The notes below the pieces were generated by a model. That model did not search any database, was not told the DNA's origin, and saw only the letters and a list, made by a program, of their open reading frames with translations. A DNA stretch of 64,000 bases, from the NCBI GenBank assembly GCA_965240465.1, contig OZ251219.1:64001-128000 (forward strand). The letters run 5' to 3'. Made by a program: the position numbers and the translations under genes. Position 1 is the stretch's first letter. Each line of letters starts with the position of its first letter. This document shows positions 31,531 to 42,209 of this stretch, one piece after another. Source of the DNA: a bacterium (lineage in GTDB: Bacteria; SAR324; JACQKK01).

Positions 31531-32364
31531 CTAAGTAGCAGATGTTTTAGCAGACTGTCGCAAACGATCTTCTGAAAAACCGCGTCGCTCTGCAATTTCC
31601 TTGAAAGTTTTTAATTCATAGAGTGCCCCCAGTGCGGCCTTCACGGAGTTATATGGATTGTTGCTACCCAGAGTTTTCACGCTGATATCGTGAATACCCA
31701 CCGCTTCCACTACAGCACGCAACACCCCAGATGAAATAATACCTCGCCCTGGCTGGCAAGGCTTAATTACAACCCTACTGGCACCAAAAGAAGCCCGCAC
31801 CGCATGCGGCACAGTCCGCCCATGAATGGCTACTTTTCTCATGTTGTGGGAGGCCTTTTGCACCCCTTTGCGTACGGCATCGGTGATTTCATTAGCTTTA
31901 CCTAGGGCACTCCCCACTTTCCCTTGACCATCTCCCACCACCACTAGAGCATTAAAACTAAACCGTCGCCCGCCCTTCACCACTTTAGCCACCCTATTAA
32001 TTTTAATCACTTTTTCTATCAACTCAGGTACATCATCTGAAACACTAAGTCCAGAAACATCCATACCTTTTCCCAGAGCAGGCCCTTTGCCCGCGGTTCC
32101 TAATTTTCCGACTACGGCATCTCCGGCTATTTTCTTTTGTTCAGCTACCGTTTTTTTAGATGGCAATGTTTTGGCTAATGTCGCTTTAGTAGCAATTTCT
32201 TTGGCAACAGCCTTCTTCTTGGCTACTATTGCTTTAACTGCTGCTGCTTTGACTATAGCTTCCTGAGCCGCCGCCTTATCCTTGGTGACTGCATCCTCTT
32301 CAGCCCTATCAACAGCATTTTTTTCTGCTACAGATTTAGATTTATTATCTTCGCTCATGTTCAA
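31531..32364 (-). CDS. rpsE: 30S ribosomal protein S5 with ~110-aa N-terminal extension
   Basis: '[24 protein letters not shown]', 'LGSNNPYN'. Confidence 0.96.
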   Translation of the reverse strand: MNMSEDNKSKSVAEKNAVDRAEEDAVTKDKAAAQEAIVKAAAVKAIVAKKKAVAKEIATKATLAKTLPSKKTVAEQKKIAGDAVVGKLGTAGKGPALGKGMDVSGLSVSDDVPELIEKVIKINRVAKVVKGGRRFSFNALVVVGDGQGKVGSALGKANEITDAVRKGVQKASHNMRKVAIHGRTVPHAVRASFGASRVVIKPCQPGRGIISSGVLRAVVEAVGIHDISVKTLGSNNPYNSVKAALGALYELKTFKEIAERRGFSEDRLRQSAKTSAT

Positions 32365-32433
32365 ATTACTCTAGACAAAATGTAATAAATAGCTATCAGT
32401 GTTTATATTTTACACCAAAAATCTACAAACTAG

Positions 32434-32805
32434 TTACAATTGCAAGCCTTCTTTTCTAGCAGCTTCTGCCAGAGCCTTCACCCGCCCATGATACAAGTTA
32501 CCATTGCGATCAAACACTGCTTTAGAAATACCTTTCTGTTTTAGGCGTTTGGCAATCGTCTCTCCTATCAGGCTGGCAGCTTGGGTGTTGCCTGTTTTAT
32601 TGGACATTTGAACCCGTAAATCCTTATCTACAGTAGAAGCAGAAGCCACAGTCTTTCCGTGGACATCGTCGACGGCTTGAACATAGATATGTTGTAGTGA
32701 ACGGAATACACTTAAACGCGGCCGCGAGGCAATTCCTGATATCTTTTTGCGAACTCGCCATTTACGTCTTTGTCTTCTAAATAGTTTGCTGAAAGAATGT
32801 GTCAT
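32434..32805 (-). CDS. rplR: 50S ribosomal protein L18
   Basis: 'RPRLSVFRS', '[18 protein letters not shown]'. Confidence 0.98.
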   Translation of the reverse strand: MTHSFSKLFRRQRRKWRVRKKISGIASRPRLSVFRSLQHIYVQAVDDVHGKTVASASTVDKDLRVQMSNKTGNTQAASLIGETIAKRLKQKGISKAVFDRNGNLYHGRVKALAEAARKEGLQL

Positions 32806-32913
32806 GGATCCTTATGGGGTAAAAGATTTAACGGTCTAAAAATATGCCTGCTAAGTTTGGTTATCGTAGGAAGTTATCAGGCTTAAAGGGCGATAAAAAA
32901 GGTATGTTTGAAA

Positions 32914-33459
32914 TCATTTTTTGCCAGATTTTCCAGCTTTTCTCAGAATACGTTCACCCTCGTAGCTAACACCCTTACCCAGGTATGGCTCTGGTGGACG
33001 CCAAGCACGAATCTGGGCTGCAAATTGCCCTATACTAACCAAATTATCTCCAGAAAGAGTAATCAGGGTGTTATTGCTTTCTGTTTTTGCCGAAACCCCT
33101 TGAGGTAATTCCAACTTAACAGGGTGAGAATATCCTAAGCTTAATTCTAGGTAATTACCACTCGCAGCCGCACGATAGCCAACTCCTATCAATTTGAGCC
33201 TGCGAGTGAACCCCTCTGAAACTCCTTTAACCATGTTAGCTAACACGGACCTAGTAGTACCCATCATAGCTCGCGCACGGAGGTTGTTTTGATAATCAGC
33301 ACGCAAATGAAGTTGTTGATCTAGTTGCTCTACGGCAACCAAGGGATGCAAATTCATGTGCTGCTCACCCTTGGGACCTTTTACAGATACTGTCCTTCCG
33401 CCACACTCCACATCTACCCCTTCGGGAAGGGGGATGGGCTGTTTTCCTACTCGGGACAT
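32914..33459 (-). CDS. rplF: 50S ribosomal protein L6
   Basis: 'MSRVGKQPI', 'GVGYRA', 'RPPEPYLGKG'. Confidence 0.98.
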   Translation of the reverse strand: MSRVGKQPIPLPEGVDVECGGRTVSVKGPKGEQHMNLHPLVAVEQLDQQLHLRADYQNNLRARAMMGTTRSVLANMVKGVSEGFTRRLKLIGVGYRAAASGNYLELSLGYSHPVKLELPQGVSAKTESNNTLITLSGDNLVSIGQFAAQIRAWRPPEPYLGKGVSYEGERILRKAGKSGKK

Positions 33460-33545
33460 GTTGTTTTGCTCAAAATATTGGTGCCTTAAATAAATTCTCT
33501 TAAAAAATTTACAGATTCAATCAGCTGTCTAGATACTGGAACAAT

Positions 33546-33947
33546 CTACCAAAATTCGCATAGGATTTCTCCACCCATTTTTTGAAAACGGCATTCGGCA
33601 TCTGTAAGTAAGCCTTTGGAAGTAGTGACAATGGCAATTCCTTGCCCATTGAAAACTAAGGGCATATGCTGAGCACCATGATACTTACGCAAACCAGGTT
33701 TGCTGACACGCTTCAAGCCCCGAATCACACTTTCACCAGCTGAGGTATACTTAAGGTTCAATTGAATTAAAGGGTGCTGGCGTCCATCTTTAGTAAGCTT
33801 CCAGCTATTGATGAATCCTTCGGTTTCCAGCACGCATGCTATTTGTTTTTTCATGCCAGAAAGAGGTGCTTCTACTCGCTTTTGTTCACGCATTATCGCA
33901 TTACGAATGCGAGTAAGAAAATCAGCGATGGGGTCATTCATGGACAT
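33546..33947 (-). CDS. rpsH: 30S ribosomal protein S8
   Basis: 'DPIADFLTRIRNA', 'RVSKPGLR', 'TSKG'. Confidence 0.98.
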   Translation of the reverse strand: MSMNDPIADFLTRIRNAIMREQKRVEAPLSGMKKQIACVLETEGFINSWKLTKDGRQHPLIQLNLKYTSAGESVIRGLKRVSKPGLRKYHGAQHMPLVFNGQGIAIVTTSKGLLTDAECRFQKMGGEILCEFW

Positions 33948-34010
33948 AGGATTATTCTTGTTAGAAAAATAAATCGGAATAAAATATTATTTTAAGAAAT
34001 ATGAAAACAA

Positions 34011-34196
34011 TTACCAGCTTGATTTTGTGATACCCGGTAGCCGTCCTTGAAGAGCCAATTTACGGAAACAAAGCCGACAAACTCCGAATTTCCTCATAAA
34101 GCTACGGGCTCGACCACATTGTCCACAGCGATTATAGGCACGGGAACTAAACTTTGCAGGGCGGCGGGCTTTAGCGATAAGACTCTTTTTTGCCAT
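34011..34196 (-). CDS. rpsN: 30S ribosomal protein S14, short Zn-binding type
   Basis: 61 aa, '[21 protein letters not shown]'. Confidence 0.97.
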   Translation of the reverse strand: MAKKSLIAKARRPAKFSSRAYNRCGQCGRARSFMRKFGVCRLCFRKLALQGRLPGITKSSW

Positions 34197-34296
34197 AAAA
34201 ATTTCCTTAATAATATGCAGTGATGATCCACAGAATTTTGCAAAATAAACCAGACTAAAATTGCTTATAATTTGTCAAAGGTCAAAATATAAGAGA

Positions 34297-34866
34297 CTAC
34301 TGCCTACGAAAGGGAAGTCCCAATAATTCCAGCAATCTGAGGCCTTCCTGGTTGGTAAGGGCAGTGGTATGAAAAGTAATGTTCATGCCACGTATGCCTT
34401 CAATATCATCAAAATCTAGTTCAGGGAATATCAATTGTTCTTTCAAACCGATAGTGTAATTTCCATTGCCATCAAAACTTTTGCGAGGGACGCCTCTAAA
34501 ATCTCTTACTTGAGGCAAAGCAATGGTTAACAGCTTATCAAGAAAGTACCACATGCGTTCTCGCCTTAAAGTGACCATCATGCCGATGGGCATGCCTGTT
34601 CTAATCTTGAAAGATGCAATGGATTTTTTGGCACGGGTTAGCACCGGTTTTTGCCCCGCAATTCGCGTCAGTTCTTTTTGCACGTGATCCAGAACTTTGG
34701 CATTGTGGGACGCCTCACCAGCACCCACATTGAGGGTAACTTTCACCACGGCTGGAGTTTGGCTGGGGTTGTCATAATCAAATTCTTTTACCATAGCTGG
34801 AAATACCTGCTTGAGATATTTCTCAGCTAACCTAGGTTTATTAATTTTTCTGGAAGCAACTGCCAT
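34297..34866 (-). CDS. rplE: 50S ribosomal protein L5
   Basis: 'IAGQKPV', 'RDFRG', 'FDGNGNY', 'EQLIFPE'. Confidence 0.98.
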   Translation of the reverse strand: MAVASRKINKPRLAEKYLKQVFPAMVKEFDYDNPSQTPAVVKVTLNVGAGEASHNAKVLDHVQKELTRIAGQKPVLTRAKKSIASFKIRTGMPIGMMVTLRRERMWYFLDKLLTIALPQVRDFRGVPRKSFDGNGNYTIGLKEQLIFPELDFDDIEGIRGMNITFHTTALTNQEGLRLLELLGLPFRRQ

Positions 34867-34904
34867 GGACGAAATAAGAAAATAAAGAAAGTTAATAAAA
34901 ATAC

Positions 34905-35162
34905 TTAATTTTTTAACAACACCTTAACATTTGAAATATGTACGGGCGATTCTATAGGGAAAATGCCCCCTTTTTCTCCTTGACTGCGAGGTTTACTGTG
35001 TCGCTTACAAAGGTTGATACCCTCTATGATGACGGTGTGTTGCCTTACATTAATGCGTTGGACCTTACCTGTCTTCCCCTTGTCCTTGCCAGTGATGACT
35101 TGGACTTCATCGCCAATGCGAAAGGGTCTTTTACTCAGCGGAGGTTGTTTGGTAATAGGCAT
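34905..35162 (-). CDS. rplX: 50S ribosomal protein L24 (short, 85 aa)
   Basis: KOW motif '[18 protein letters not shown]', 'ESPVHISNV'. Confidence 0.96.
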   Translation of the reverse strand: MPITKQPPLSKRPFRIGDEVQVITGKDKGKTGKVQRINVRQHTVIIEGINLCKRHSKPRSQGEKGGIFPIESPVHISNVKVLLKN

Positions 35163-35244
35163 TAGAACAAAGGGCGATAATAAGGTTGAGCAACTTAGAT
35201 AAAACTTTGTTAAGCAAAAAATCCATTATCAGTGGAATTAGACA

Positions 35245-35613
35245 CTAAATAACTTCTGGTGCTAGGGATACTATTTTCATAAAGCGCTTAGCTCTCAATT
35301 CCCGGGCTACAGGACCAAAAATACGGGTACCAATGGGCTCTCGCTTGGGATCAATCAGCACAGCAGCATTCTCATCAAATTTAATGTAAGAGCCATCCTG
35401 TCGTCCTACTTCTTTTGCCGTGCGTACAACTACCGCACGTACCACCGAACCCGTTTTGATGCGGCTATTAGGTACAGCCTCGCGTACAGAAGCTACTACT
35501 ACATCGCCCAAGAAAGCGTATCTTCTTTTTGAACCACCCAGCACCTTTATGCACATCAGCAGGGTAGCACCAGTGTTATCAGCAACTTTCAGACGGGACT
35601 GTACTTGTATCAT
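35245..35613 (-). CDS. rplN: 50S ribosomal protein L14
   Basis: 'VADNTGA', '[12 protein letters not shown]', 'KIVSLAPEV'. Confidence 0.99.
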   Translation of the reverse strand: MIQVQSRLKVADNTGATLLMCIKVLGGSKRRYAFLGDVVVASVREAVPNSRIKTGSVVRAVVVRTAKEVGRQDGSYIKFDENAAVLIDPKREPIGTRIFGPVARELRAKRFMKIVSLAPEVI

Positions 35614-35616
35614 TGA

Positions 35617-35922
35617 TTATCCTGTTGGCTGAATATCTTTAGATTTTTGGGTAGAAATGAGCACCTTGATAAGTCGCCAGCGTTTGGTACGACTCAGAGA
35701 ACGACATTCCATAATGCTGACAGTATCACCCACTTGGCACTCATTATTTTCATCGTGGGCGTGATAGCGTTTGCTACGGCGGATAGTCTTTTTATAAAGA
35801 GGATGAACGGTTATTCTTTCCACCCGTACCACAATAGATTTATCCATGCTGTTGCTGACAACGGTGCCTCGCCTGGTTTTTCGCGTCAGGCGTTCTGTAG
35901 CATTACTTTTTATTTGAGACAT
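35617..35922 (-). CDS. rpsQ: 30S ribosomal protein S17
   Basis: '[14 protein letters not shown]', 'HPLYKK', 'AHDENN'. Confidence 0.97.
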   Translation of the reverse strand: MSQIKSNATERLTRKTRRGTVVSNSMDKSIVVRVERITVHPLYKKTIRRSKRYHAHDENNECQVGDTVSIMECRSLSRTKRWRLIKVLISTQKSKDIQPTG

Positions 35923-36115
35923 CTTTGATTTCTTGTTCTCTTATCAGGGTTTTTATACGGGCGATGCTACGACGTAACTTAGGGATCTGGCTAGTATCGG
36001 TTTGCTGCCCTACAGACTTGCTACAACATGCCTGAAATAGTTGTTTTTCACTTTTATCCAGCAAAGATTTGATATCTGAAATGGACATATCCCTCAATTT
36101 TCCAATTTTTTCCAT
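35903..36115 (-). CDS. rpmC: 50S ribosomal protein L29
   Basis: Position and '[10 protein letters not shown]'. Confidence 0.92.
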   Translation of the reverse strand: MEKIGKLRDMSISDIKSLLDKSEKQLFQACCSKSVGQQTDTSQIPKLRRSIARIKTLIREQEIKDVSNKK

Positions 36116-36137
36116 GAACTATCCATTCTAGGTTACG

Positions 36138-36545
36138 CTAAACCCGGCTGAGCACATTACAAGCAAATGGTAATTTATAAGAAGCAGCCCGCAAAGCAGC
36201 CACAGCAATTGATTTTTCCACACCGTCCATTTCAAACAACACCCGACCCGGCTTTATTTTTGCCGACCAGTGATCAACAGCACCCTTACCGCTTCCCATA
36301 CGAACTTCTGCAGGGCGTTGGGTAATGGGCTTGTCGGGGAAAATGGTAATCCAAATTTTACCCTTTCTTTTTATCTGCCGTGCCAAAGTGCGTCGTACTG
36401 CTTCTATTTGTCTCGCAGTCATCATGCCAGATTGGGCTGCTTGCAACCCATAAGCCCCGAAGTACAACTTGTTGGCTCGCTGGGCTTTCCCGCGCAGGCG
36501 ACCCTTCATTTGTTTTCTAAATTTGGTGCGTTTAGGCATTAACAT
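36138..36545 (-). CDS. rplP: 50S ribosomal protein L16 (ATG at 36545)
   Basis: '[12 protein letters not shown]', 'EVRMGSGKG', 'YKLP'. Confidence 0.98.
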   Translation of the reverse strand: MLMPKRTKFRKQMKGRLRGKAQRANKLYFGAYGLQAAQSGMMTARQIEAVRRTLARQIKRKGKIWITIFPDKPITQRPAEVRMGSGKGAVDHWSAKIKPGRVLFEMDGVEKSIAVAALRAASYKLPFACNVLSRV

Positions 36546-36555
36546 AACAGATTCA

Positions 36556-37242
36556 TCAACTAGTCTTGTTATCGGCAGCAGGATCACCAGGACGACGGCG
36601 GAAGGCGGCACGCGGCTGGTTATGTTCTTCTCCCTTGTAAATCCACACTTTTACCCCTATGATGCCGAAAGTGGTGGCCGCCTCTGCGGTGCCATAATCA
36701 ATGTTGATCCGCAAGGTATGTAGAGGAATACGCCCTTCACGCACCCACTCGCACCGAGACATCTCTGCTCCATTTAAGCGGCCCGACACCATTATTTTGC
36801 ACCCCTGTACGTTCAAACGCATGGTGTTGGCCAAAGTTCTGCGAATAGCCCGACGAAATGTAACTCGCCTTTCCAGCTGACCAGCGATATTCTCTGCTAC
36901 CAGTTGAGCGTCAATATCCGGGCGACGCACTTCCTTGATATTCACCTTTACCCGACATTTAGCCAACTGGGTTAGCTGGAGCTTGAGAACATCGGCAGAT
37001 TCGCCCTTGCGACCAATGATAATCCCTGGCCGAGAGGCATGAATATTAACAGTCATCTGCTGAGAGGTGTGTTCGGTCTCTACCCGAGAAATACCGGCAT
37101 TCTTATGGTGTTTGCGAATGTATTTCTCTATACCAAGATCAATATTAAGTAACCTGGCGTAATCACTTTCAGCAAACCACTTACTCTGCCACTGTTTTGT
37201 AAGGCTTAGACGCATGCCTATAGGATGTACTTTTTGACCCAT
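36556..37242 (-). CDS. rpsC: 30S ribosomal protein S3 (ATG at 37242)
   Basis: '[11 protein letters not shown]', '[10 protein letters not shown]', 'GRIPLHTLR'. Confidence 0.98.
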   Translation of the reverse strand: MGQKVHPIGMRLSLTKQWQSKWFAESDYARLLNIDLGIEKYIRKHHKNAGISRVETEHTSQQMTVNIHASRPGIIIGRKGESADVLKLQLTQLAKCRVKVNIKEVRRPDIDAQLVAENIAGQLERRVTFRRAIRRTLANTMRLNVQGCKIMVSGRLNGAEMSRCEWVREGRIPLHTLRINIDYGTAEAATTFGIIGVKVWIYKGEEHNQPRAAFRRRPGDPAADNKTS

Positions 37243-37244
37243 AA

Positions 37245-37748
37245 CTAACCCACCTTCAGGGTTACATGGCAGGAACGCTTCCGGATTGGAGCCGATCTTC
37301 CATATGCTCTGGCTCGCCATCGCTTTAGTGTGCGGCCCTGATTGACGAAAATACACTTTATTTTTAACTGTTCCAATTTTACACTTCCACCGCTACTTCG
37401 TTCTGCATTGGAAATAGCTGACTTCAAAAGATTTTTCACTGCTGGGCTTGATCCTTTTTTCACATTATCCAAAATTCCCAGTGCCTGTACCACATTCTGA
37501 TTGCGAATCAACCCTGCAACCAATCGCACCTTGCGAGGAGAAGTGTGGAAATTACGCAATACTGCCCGATACAAAACACCAGTAGAAGTTTCGGCAACCT
37601 GAGGTATTTGCTCAGAAATGGTTTTTTTATTGGCTTTTCTATCCGCGTCTCTTTGCTCCACGGATGCTTTTACAACGGCCTTATTGAGAGGATCTTTCGG
37701 GTTCGCCTTAGTACCGTCTGATCTGATATGAGGGGGTTTTGCATTCAT
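37245..37748 (-). CDS. rplV: 50S ribosomal protein L22 with N-terminal extension
   Basis: 'SPRKVRLVAGLIR', 'LKSAISNA', 'RARAYGR'. Confidence 0.95.
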   Translation of the reverse strand: MNAKPPHIRSDGTKANPKDPLNKAVVKASVEQRDADRKANKKTISEQIPQVAETSTGVLYRAVLRNFHTSPRKVRLVAGLIRNQNVVQALGILDNVKKGSSPAVKNLLKSAISNAERSSGGSVKLEQLKIKCIFVNQGRTLKRWRARAYGRSAPIRKRSCHVTLKVG

Positions 37749-37762
37749 GGCAATTTTTAGGT

Positions 37763-38047
37763 TTAGCGCCTCTGGGCACGGGCATCTGATTTAGTGGTAT
37801 GGCCACGATAAGTACGAGTAGGAGCAAATTCCCCTAGCTTATGACCAACCATATTCTCGGTAACAGACACCGGTATAAATTTGCGTCCATCATAGACAGC
37901 TAAATTCAAGCCCACAAAATCAGGCAACACCATGGAACGTCTGGACCAAGTACGAATCAAGCGTCTTTCATTGGTTTCCTTAGCACGCAAAGCCTTGGCC
38001 AACAAGTGTTGGTCTACAAAAGGTCCTTTTTTTAATGATCTTGGCAT
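37763..38047 (-). CDS. rpsS: 30S ribosomal protein S19 (ATG at 38047)
   Basis: '[12 protein letters not shown]', 'TWSRRS', '[11 protein letters not shown]'. Confidence 0.99.
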   Translation of the reverse strand: MPRSLKKGPFVDQHLLAKALRAKETNERRLIRTWSRRSMVLPDFVGLNLAVYDGRKFIPVSVTENMVGHKLGEFAPTRTYRGHTTKSDARAQRR

Positions 38048-38372
38048 AATAAAAAAAAAAATCACTAATTAATAATCATTTGAACTCAAAACAAAAAATG
38101 CGTGCCAGATCGTCTATTCAAAATACCTGCTAGTGCAACTCTGGGATCACATCCCCTAAGTGTAGACCATAACTCACCTCGTTTGGCAACAAAAAACGTT
38201 AGAGATTATGTATTATCCCGCAAGAATAAATTGACTTTTTGTATTGTAGGTTATATCGGTGGTAGGGAAGGATGCTTGTTTTGGAAGGGTGTCAATTTGA
38301 GATTAGATAAAAATTGGCAATAAAGAAGCATAGCAAGAAAGTTTAACGGACGCTTAACAAGGAAGTACAGCA

Positions 38373-39608
38373 ATGCGTCAACGAGATTTAGTTGTAGCAG
38401 GATTAGATATAGGCACAACAAAGGTGTGTGCGTTGGCGGCAGAGGTGACCGTAGCAGGGGATTTGCGTGCGATAGGTTTTGGGCAGGTTCCCTCCGATGG
38501 GATGCGTAAGGGAGTGGTGGTAAATATAGAAAAAGCGGTGGGGGCAGTGCGTGGTGCAGTAACAGAATGTGGGCGTATGTGTGGCTCACCATTAAAGAGT
38601 GTTTATGTAGGCATAGCAGGTCAGCATGTTCAAGGAACAAATGAGCACGGCATGGTAGCAGTACAAAATGGCACAATTTCAGAAGATGATATTCGTAGAA
38701 CTATAGAGTCAGCACAAGCTATCAGCATTCCATCGGACCGAGAAGTTTTGCATATTCTGCCTCGGGATTTTATTGTAGATGACCAAGATGGAGTTCAAAG
38801 TCCATTGGGAATGTCAGGGATACGCTTGGAAGTGGATGTACATATTGTCACATGCGCGGCTACCAGCGGGCAAAATATTGTGAAGTGCTGTAACTCAGCC
38901 GGTTTAGAGGTAGCTGACATTGCATTGGAGCCCCTGGCTAGTGCGGGTGCAGTATTGAGTAAGGATGAAAAGGAATTAGGGGTGGTGTTATTAGATATCG
39001 GCGGCGGAACAACGGACATGGTAGTGTATTCAGGTGGCAACCTTGTCCACACGGCAGTCTTGGCAGTAGGGGGGAATCACATAACGCACGATGTGGCCAT
39101 TGGTTTGTGTACACCATTGCCAGAAGCAGAGCTGATTAAGCATGAACACGGGGTCGCTATGCGCAACATGGTGCCGTCTTATGACACCATACAGGTACCG
39201 TCTGTAGGAGGTAGACGGGAGCGTAATATGGACAGGCGAGTGTTGGCGATCGTAATTGAAGAGCGATTATGTGAGATTTTTGAATTGGTGGATGCAGAGA
39301 TTCGCCGAGCAGGATGTTACGGTATGATTGCCTCAGGAGTAGTTTTAACAGGGGGATGTGCACTACTAGAGGGGATTGATGATTTGGCACATAAAGTGAT
39401 GGAACTTCCTGCACGGGTAGGTTATCCACGTAGGATTAGTGGCCTAGATGATATGATTCATTCGCCCGCCTACGCCACAGTTACCGGATTGTTGCATTAT
39501 GCCCAAGGAAATGGTGATTCTCGCAAGTACCCTTTTATGATGCGTGAACCACATTTCTTTGGACGCATGACTCGTAATGTGCGGCATTGGATGGACGATT
39601 TGTTTTAG
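38373..39608 (+). CDS. ftsA: Cell division protein FtsA
   Basis: 'GLDIGTTKV', 'PLGMSGIRLEV', 'DIGGGTT', 'GVVLTGG'. Confidence 0.98.
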   Translation: MRQRDLVVAGLDIGTTKVCALAAEVTVAGDLRAIGFGQVPSDGMRKGVVVNIEKAVGAVRGAVTECGRMCGSPLKSVYVGIAGQHVQGTNEHGMVAVQNGTISEDDIRRTIESAQAISIPSDREVLHILPRDFIVDDQDGVQSPLGMSGIRLEVDVHIVTCAATSGQNIVKCCNSAGLEVADIALEPLASAGAVLSKDEKELGVVLLDIGGGTTDMVVYSGGNLVHTAVLAVGGNHITHDVAIGLCTPLPEAELIKHEHGVAMRNMVPSYDTIQVPSVGGRRERNMDRRVLAIVIEERLCEIFELVDAEIRRAGCYGMIASGVVLTGGCALLEGIDDLAHKVMELPARVGYPRRISGLDDMIHSPAYATVTGLLHYAQGNGDSRKYPFMMREPHFFGRMTRNVRHWMDDLF

Positions 39609-39638
39609 TAGGTATGTTTTCCCAGTAATAACAGGAGT

Positions 39639-41012
39639 TTGAGTGATATGTCAGCAGGGATGCAGATTCAAGACATCAAAGAACATAGTGTACATGCCCC
39701 TTTGATTAAGGTGGTAGGAATTGGAGGCGGAGGTGGCAATGCCGTCAATCGCATGATGGAAGCTGGCCTTGATTCAGTTGATTTCGTAGTAGGTAACACT
39801 GATCTACAAGATCTAAATGCTTCTCATGCTCCATATAAGATACAGTTTGGTCCAAAATGTACTCGGGGGTTGGGTGCAGGTTCAAAACCGAATTTGGGTC
39901 GCGAGGCGGCGGTGGAAGATTTGAATAGCATTAAGGAATGTTTAAGAGGGGCTGATATGGTGTTCATCACTGCCGGTTTGGGGGGAGGCACGGGTTCTGG
40001 AGCGACACCGGTAGTAGCTGAAGTAGCTAGTGAGCTTAATTGTCTCACTGTATGTGTGGTGACAAAGCCATTTCGTTTTGAAGGGGCTGCTCGTTGTCGT
40101 AATGCGGAGGAAAGCATTGTCCAAATTAGAAAGCACGTGGACACTTTGATTGTAATTCCCAATGATAATCTCTTGGGTCTTTCGGGTAAAGAGACTTCTA
40201 TTTTAGAGGCTTTCAGCATGGCAGATGATGTTTTGCGGGTGGCTATCCAGGGCATTTCTGACCTTATTACAAAAGATGCCCTCATCAATTTAGATTTTGC
40301 GGATGTTCGTACTGTAATGGGTGGAATGGGGCAAGCGATTATGGGTATTGGAGTAGGAGAAGGAGAAAATAGGGCTCTGGAAGCCGCAGAAAAAGCCATC
40401 CACAGCCCCTTGCTGGATGATTGCCGCATTGATGGAGCAAAGGGAATTTTGATTAATGTCTCGGGTTCCGCCAGTCTAGGCATACTGGAAGCAAATGAAG
40501 CAGTGAGCTACATCACCGAATTAGCAGATAAAGATGCCAATGTGATTTTTGGGGCCAACATTAAGCCTGATATGCCTGAAGAGAAACTGGAAGTGACCGT
40601 AATTGCCACAGGATTTGATAGTACCAAAGATCAGAAAACGGGAACTGCTGAAGCGGGGCCTGTTTATTATCTAGGGACAGATAAAAACAGCAGATCGGAA
40701 AGATTAGAAAATGTGGAAGATCATCATTCTCACCTGGGCGAATTGAAGTCTGTGCCAGACAGCTTAGCTGAAGAGCATTTGGCCTTCGTTGACAAGGAGA
40801 ATGTCAGTGAAATTCTTGAAGCGGATAAAGATGCTACGGCAAGTGTGTCTGATATTGCTTGCCAAGCAGAGGATAAAGGTGCCGCTGAAGCTCCACTGGA
40901 AACTGAGCCCAGCATTCCTTCTAGTTATCAAAACGATGACAACCAAAACTTGTATGCAAATAATCTGGATGTTCCTGCTTTTATCCGCCGTCGCAACCAC
41001 CGTGTACGGTAG
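39639..41012 (+). CDS. ftsZ: Cell division protein FtsZ with long acidic linker
   Basis: 'VVGIGGGGGNAV', tubulin signature 'GGGTGSG', 'INLDFAD', C-terminal 'LDVPAFIRR'. Confidence 0.98.
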   Translation: MSDMSAGMQIQDIKEHSVHAPLIKVVGIGGGGGNAVNRMMEAGLDSVDFVVGNTDLQDLNASHAPYKIQFGPKCTRGLGAGSKPNLGREAAVEDLNSIKECLRGADMVFITAGLGGGTGSGATPVVAEVASELNCLTVCVVTKPFRFEGAARCRNAEESIVQIRKHVDTLIVIPNDNLLGLSGKETSILEAFSMADDVLRVAIQGISDLITKDALINLDFADVRTVMGGMGQAIMGIGVGEGENRALEAAEKAIHSPLLDDCRIDGAKGILINVSGSASLGILEANEAVSYITELADKDANVIFGANIKPDMPEEKLEVTVIATGFDSTKDQKTGTAEAGPVYYLGTDKNSRSERLENVEDHHSHLGELKSVPDSLAEEHLAFVDKENVSEILEADKDATASVSDIACQAEDKGAAEAPLETEPSIPSSYQNDDNQNLYANNLDVPAFIRRRNHRVR

Positions 41013-41162
41013 AATCAAGTTAATTAGAAAATAGCTTGATAAGCTAAAAAAGAAATGAACCAAAAAATAGTTAATAAGTATAGCAGTTTTGTAGATAGGT
41101 ATTTTGCCTAGACTAGGATATTTTTGATGAAGGTGAATGAAAACCATGTTTTCATCCGCTGA

Positions 41163-42164
41163 ATGCTAGTGAAGTATCCTGTAAATGGAAAGATAAAAAT
41201 TATGATTATGTCTTGGCACCTGCGTTTGTGTTTGAGGTTGGGGTTAAGGTTGGGCATATGGGGAATTTTGCTGAGCGTGTTTGCTGTAATGTTGTGGCAG
41301 CTGCTGTGGATATGGCTGGCAGTTCCGTTGGTAGGGGGGACGCTATTGGTTGGTTTATGGGAGGCATGGCGGTTGATGCATCAGCATGGGAGTGGTAGGT
41401 TGAAGGGGTGGGTGTATGGAGCATTTAAGGGAGCGGCAATGAGTGGGCTGGCGTTTTATGCTTCGTTTTTGATGTCGCGACCAGAGTGGTTCTGGCCTTT
41501 GCTGTTGGCATTGGTTGCTGGGAGTTGTGGAGGGTATCGAAAATATCGGCTGAGCGGGTTAAAACATTATTTGCTTAGCTGGGGTCTGGGTGTTGTAGTT
41601 GGTGGAGCGTGGGCTTGGGTATTACTGAGCTTGTTACCATGGTTGGTATTTGTATTAGGGTTGTGGAGTGTGGGATGGCTATGGTGGTGGATTTTGTTAC
41701 CCAAGCTATTAGCTCGTAGCTGGGTGCGAGTACTAAATGGACCCTTAGAGGACATGTGTTATCCGCTGCGGGGCGAGCTAATAAAGATTGGTGCGGATGC
41801 AGATAACCACGTGGTGTTGGAGAATTACGCTAGAGTTTACCCTTTTCATGGCTGTGTATCTAGTTCTAAAGGATGCTATAGGCTGATAGGTGACCAACAG
41901 AGGAGCGAAGTATTGGTTAATTATCGTCAGTTTGCACAGCATAAATTAGAGAGTGGAGATTTACTTAAGTTGGGTGACGCACTGCTTCAAGTGGGAGGCA
42001 AGCTACCAACAGAAGATTCTGTCCCGGCAAGACAGAAAAATCGGGGGAGATATGGAAGGAACAGAAGTTCCCGTTATAGAGGTAGGCACAGCAGGGGACA
42101 AGATGCTGCTAGAGAGTACGGCAGAGGACGTCGGACACAAGGGTTTAGAAGCAGTAATAAGTAA
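41163..42164 (+). CDS. Membrane protein with C-terminal FHA-like domain and Arg/Gly-rich tail
   Basis: About 6 TM segments, then 'VLNGPLE..YPL..IKIG..H..VLVN...LESGDLLKLG'. Confidence 0.7.
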   Translation: MLVKYPVNGKIKIMIMSWHLRLCLRLGLRLGIWGILLSVFAVMLWQLLWIWLAVPLVGGTLLVGLWEAWRLMHQHGSGRLKGWVYGAFKGAAMSGLAFYASFLMSRPEWFWPLLLALVAGSCGGYRKYRLSGLKHYLLSWGLGVVVGGAWAWVLLSLLPWLVFVLGLWSVGWLWWWILLPKLLARSWVRVLNGPLEDMCYPLRGELIKIGADADNHVVLENYARVYPFHGCVSSSKGCYRLIGDQQRSEVLVNYRQFAQHKLESGDLLKLGDALLQVGGKLPTEDSVPARQKNRGRYGRNRSSRYRGRHSRGQDAAREYGRGRRTQGFRSSNK

Positions 42165-42209
42165 ATTGCTGAGGTCAGTTATGACACCTTTTTTATATTA
42201 AGTTAGGTT

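Noticed and set aside
39824-40483. Long antisense ORFs (219 aa opposite ftsZ, 190 aa opposite hppA, others)
   Set aside because: Shadow frames of conserved genes, with no motifs or RBS.
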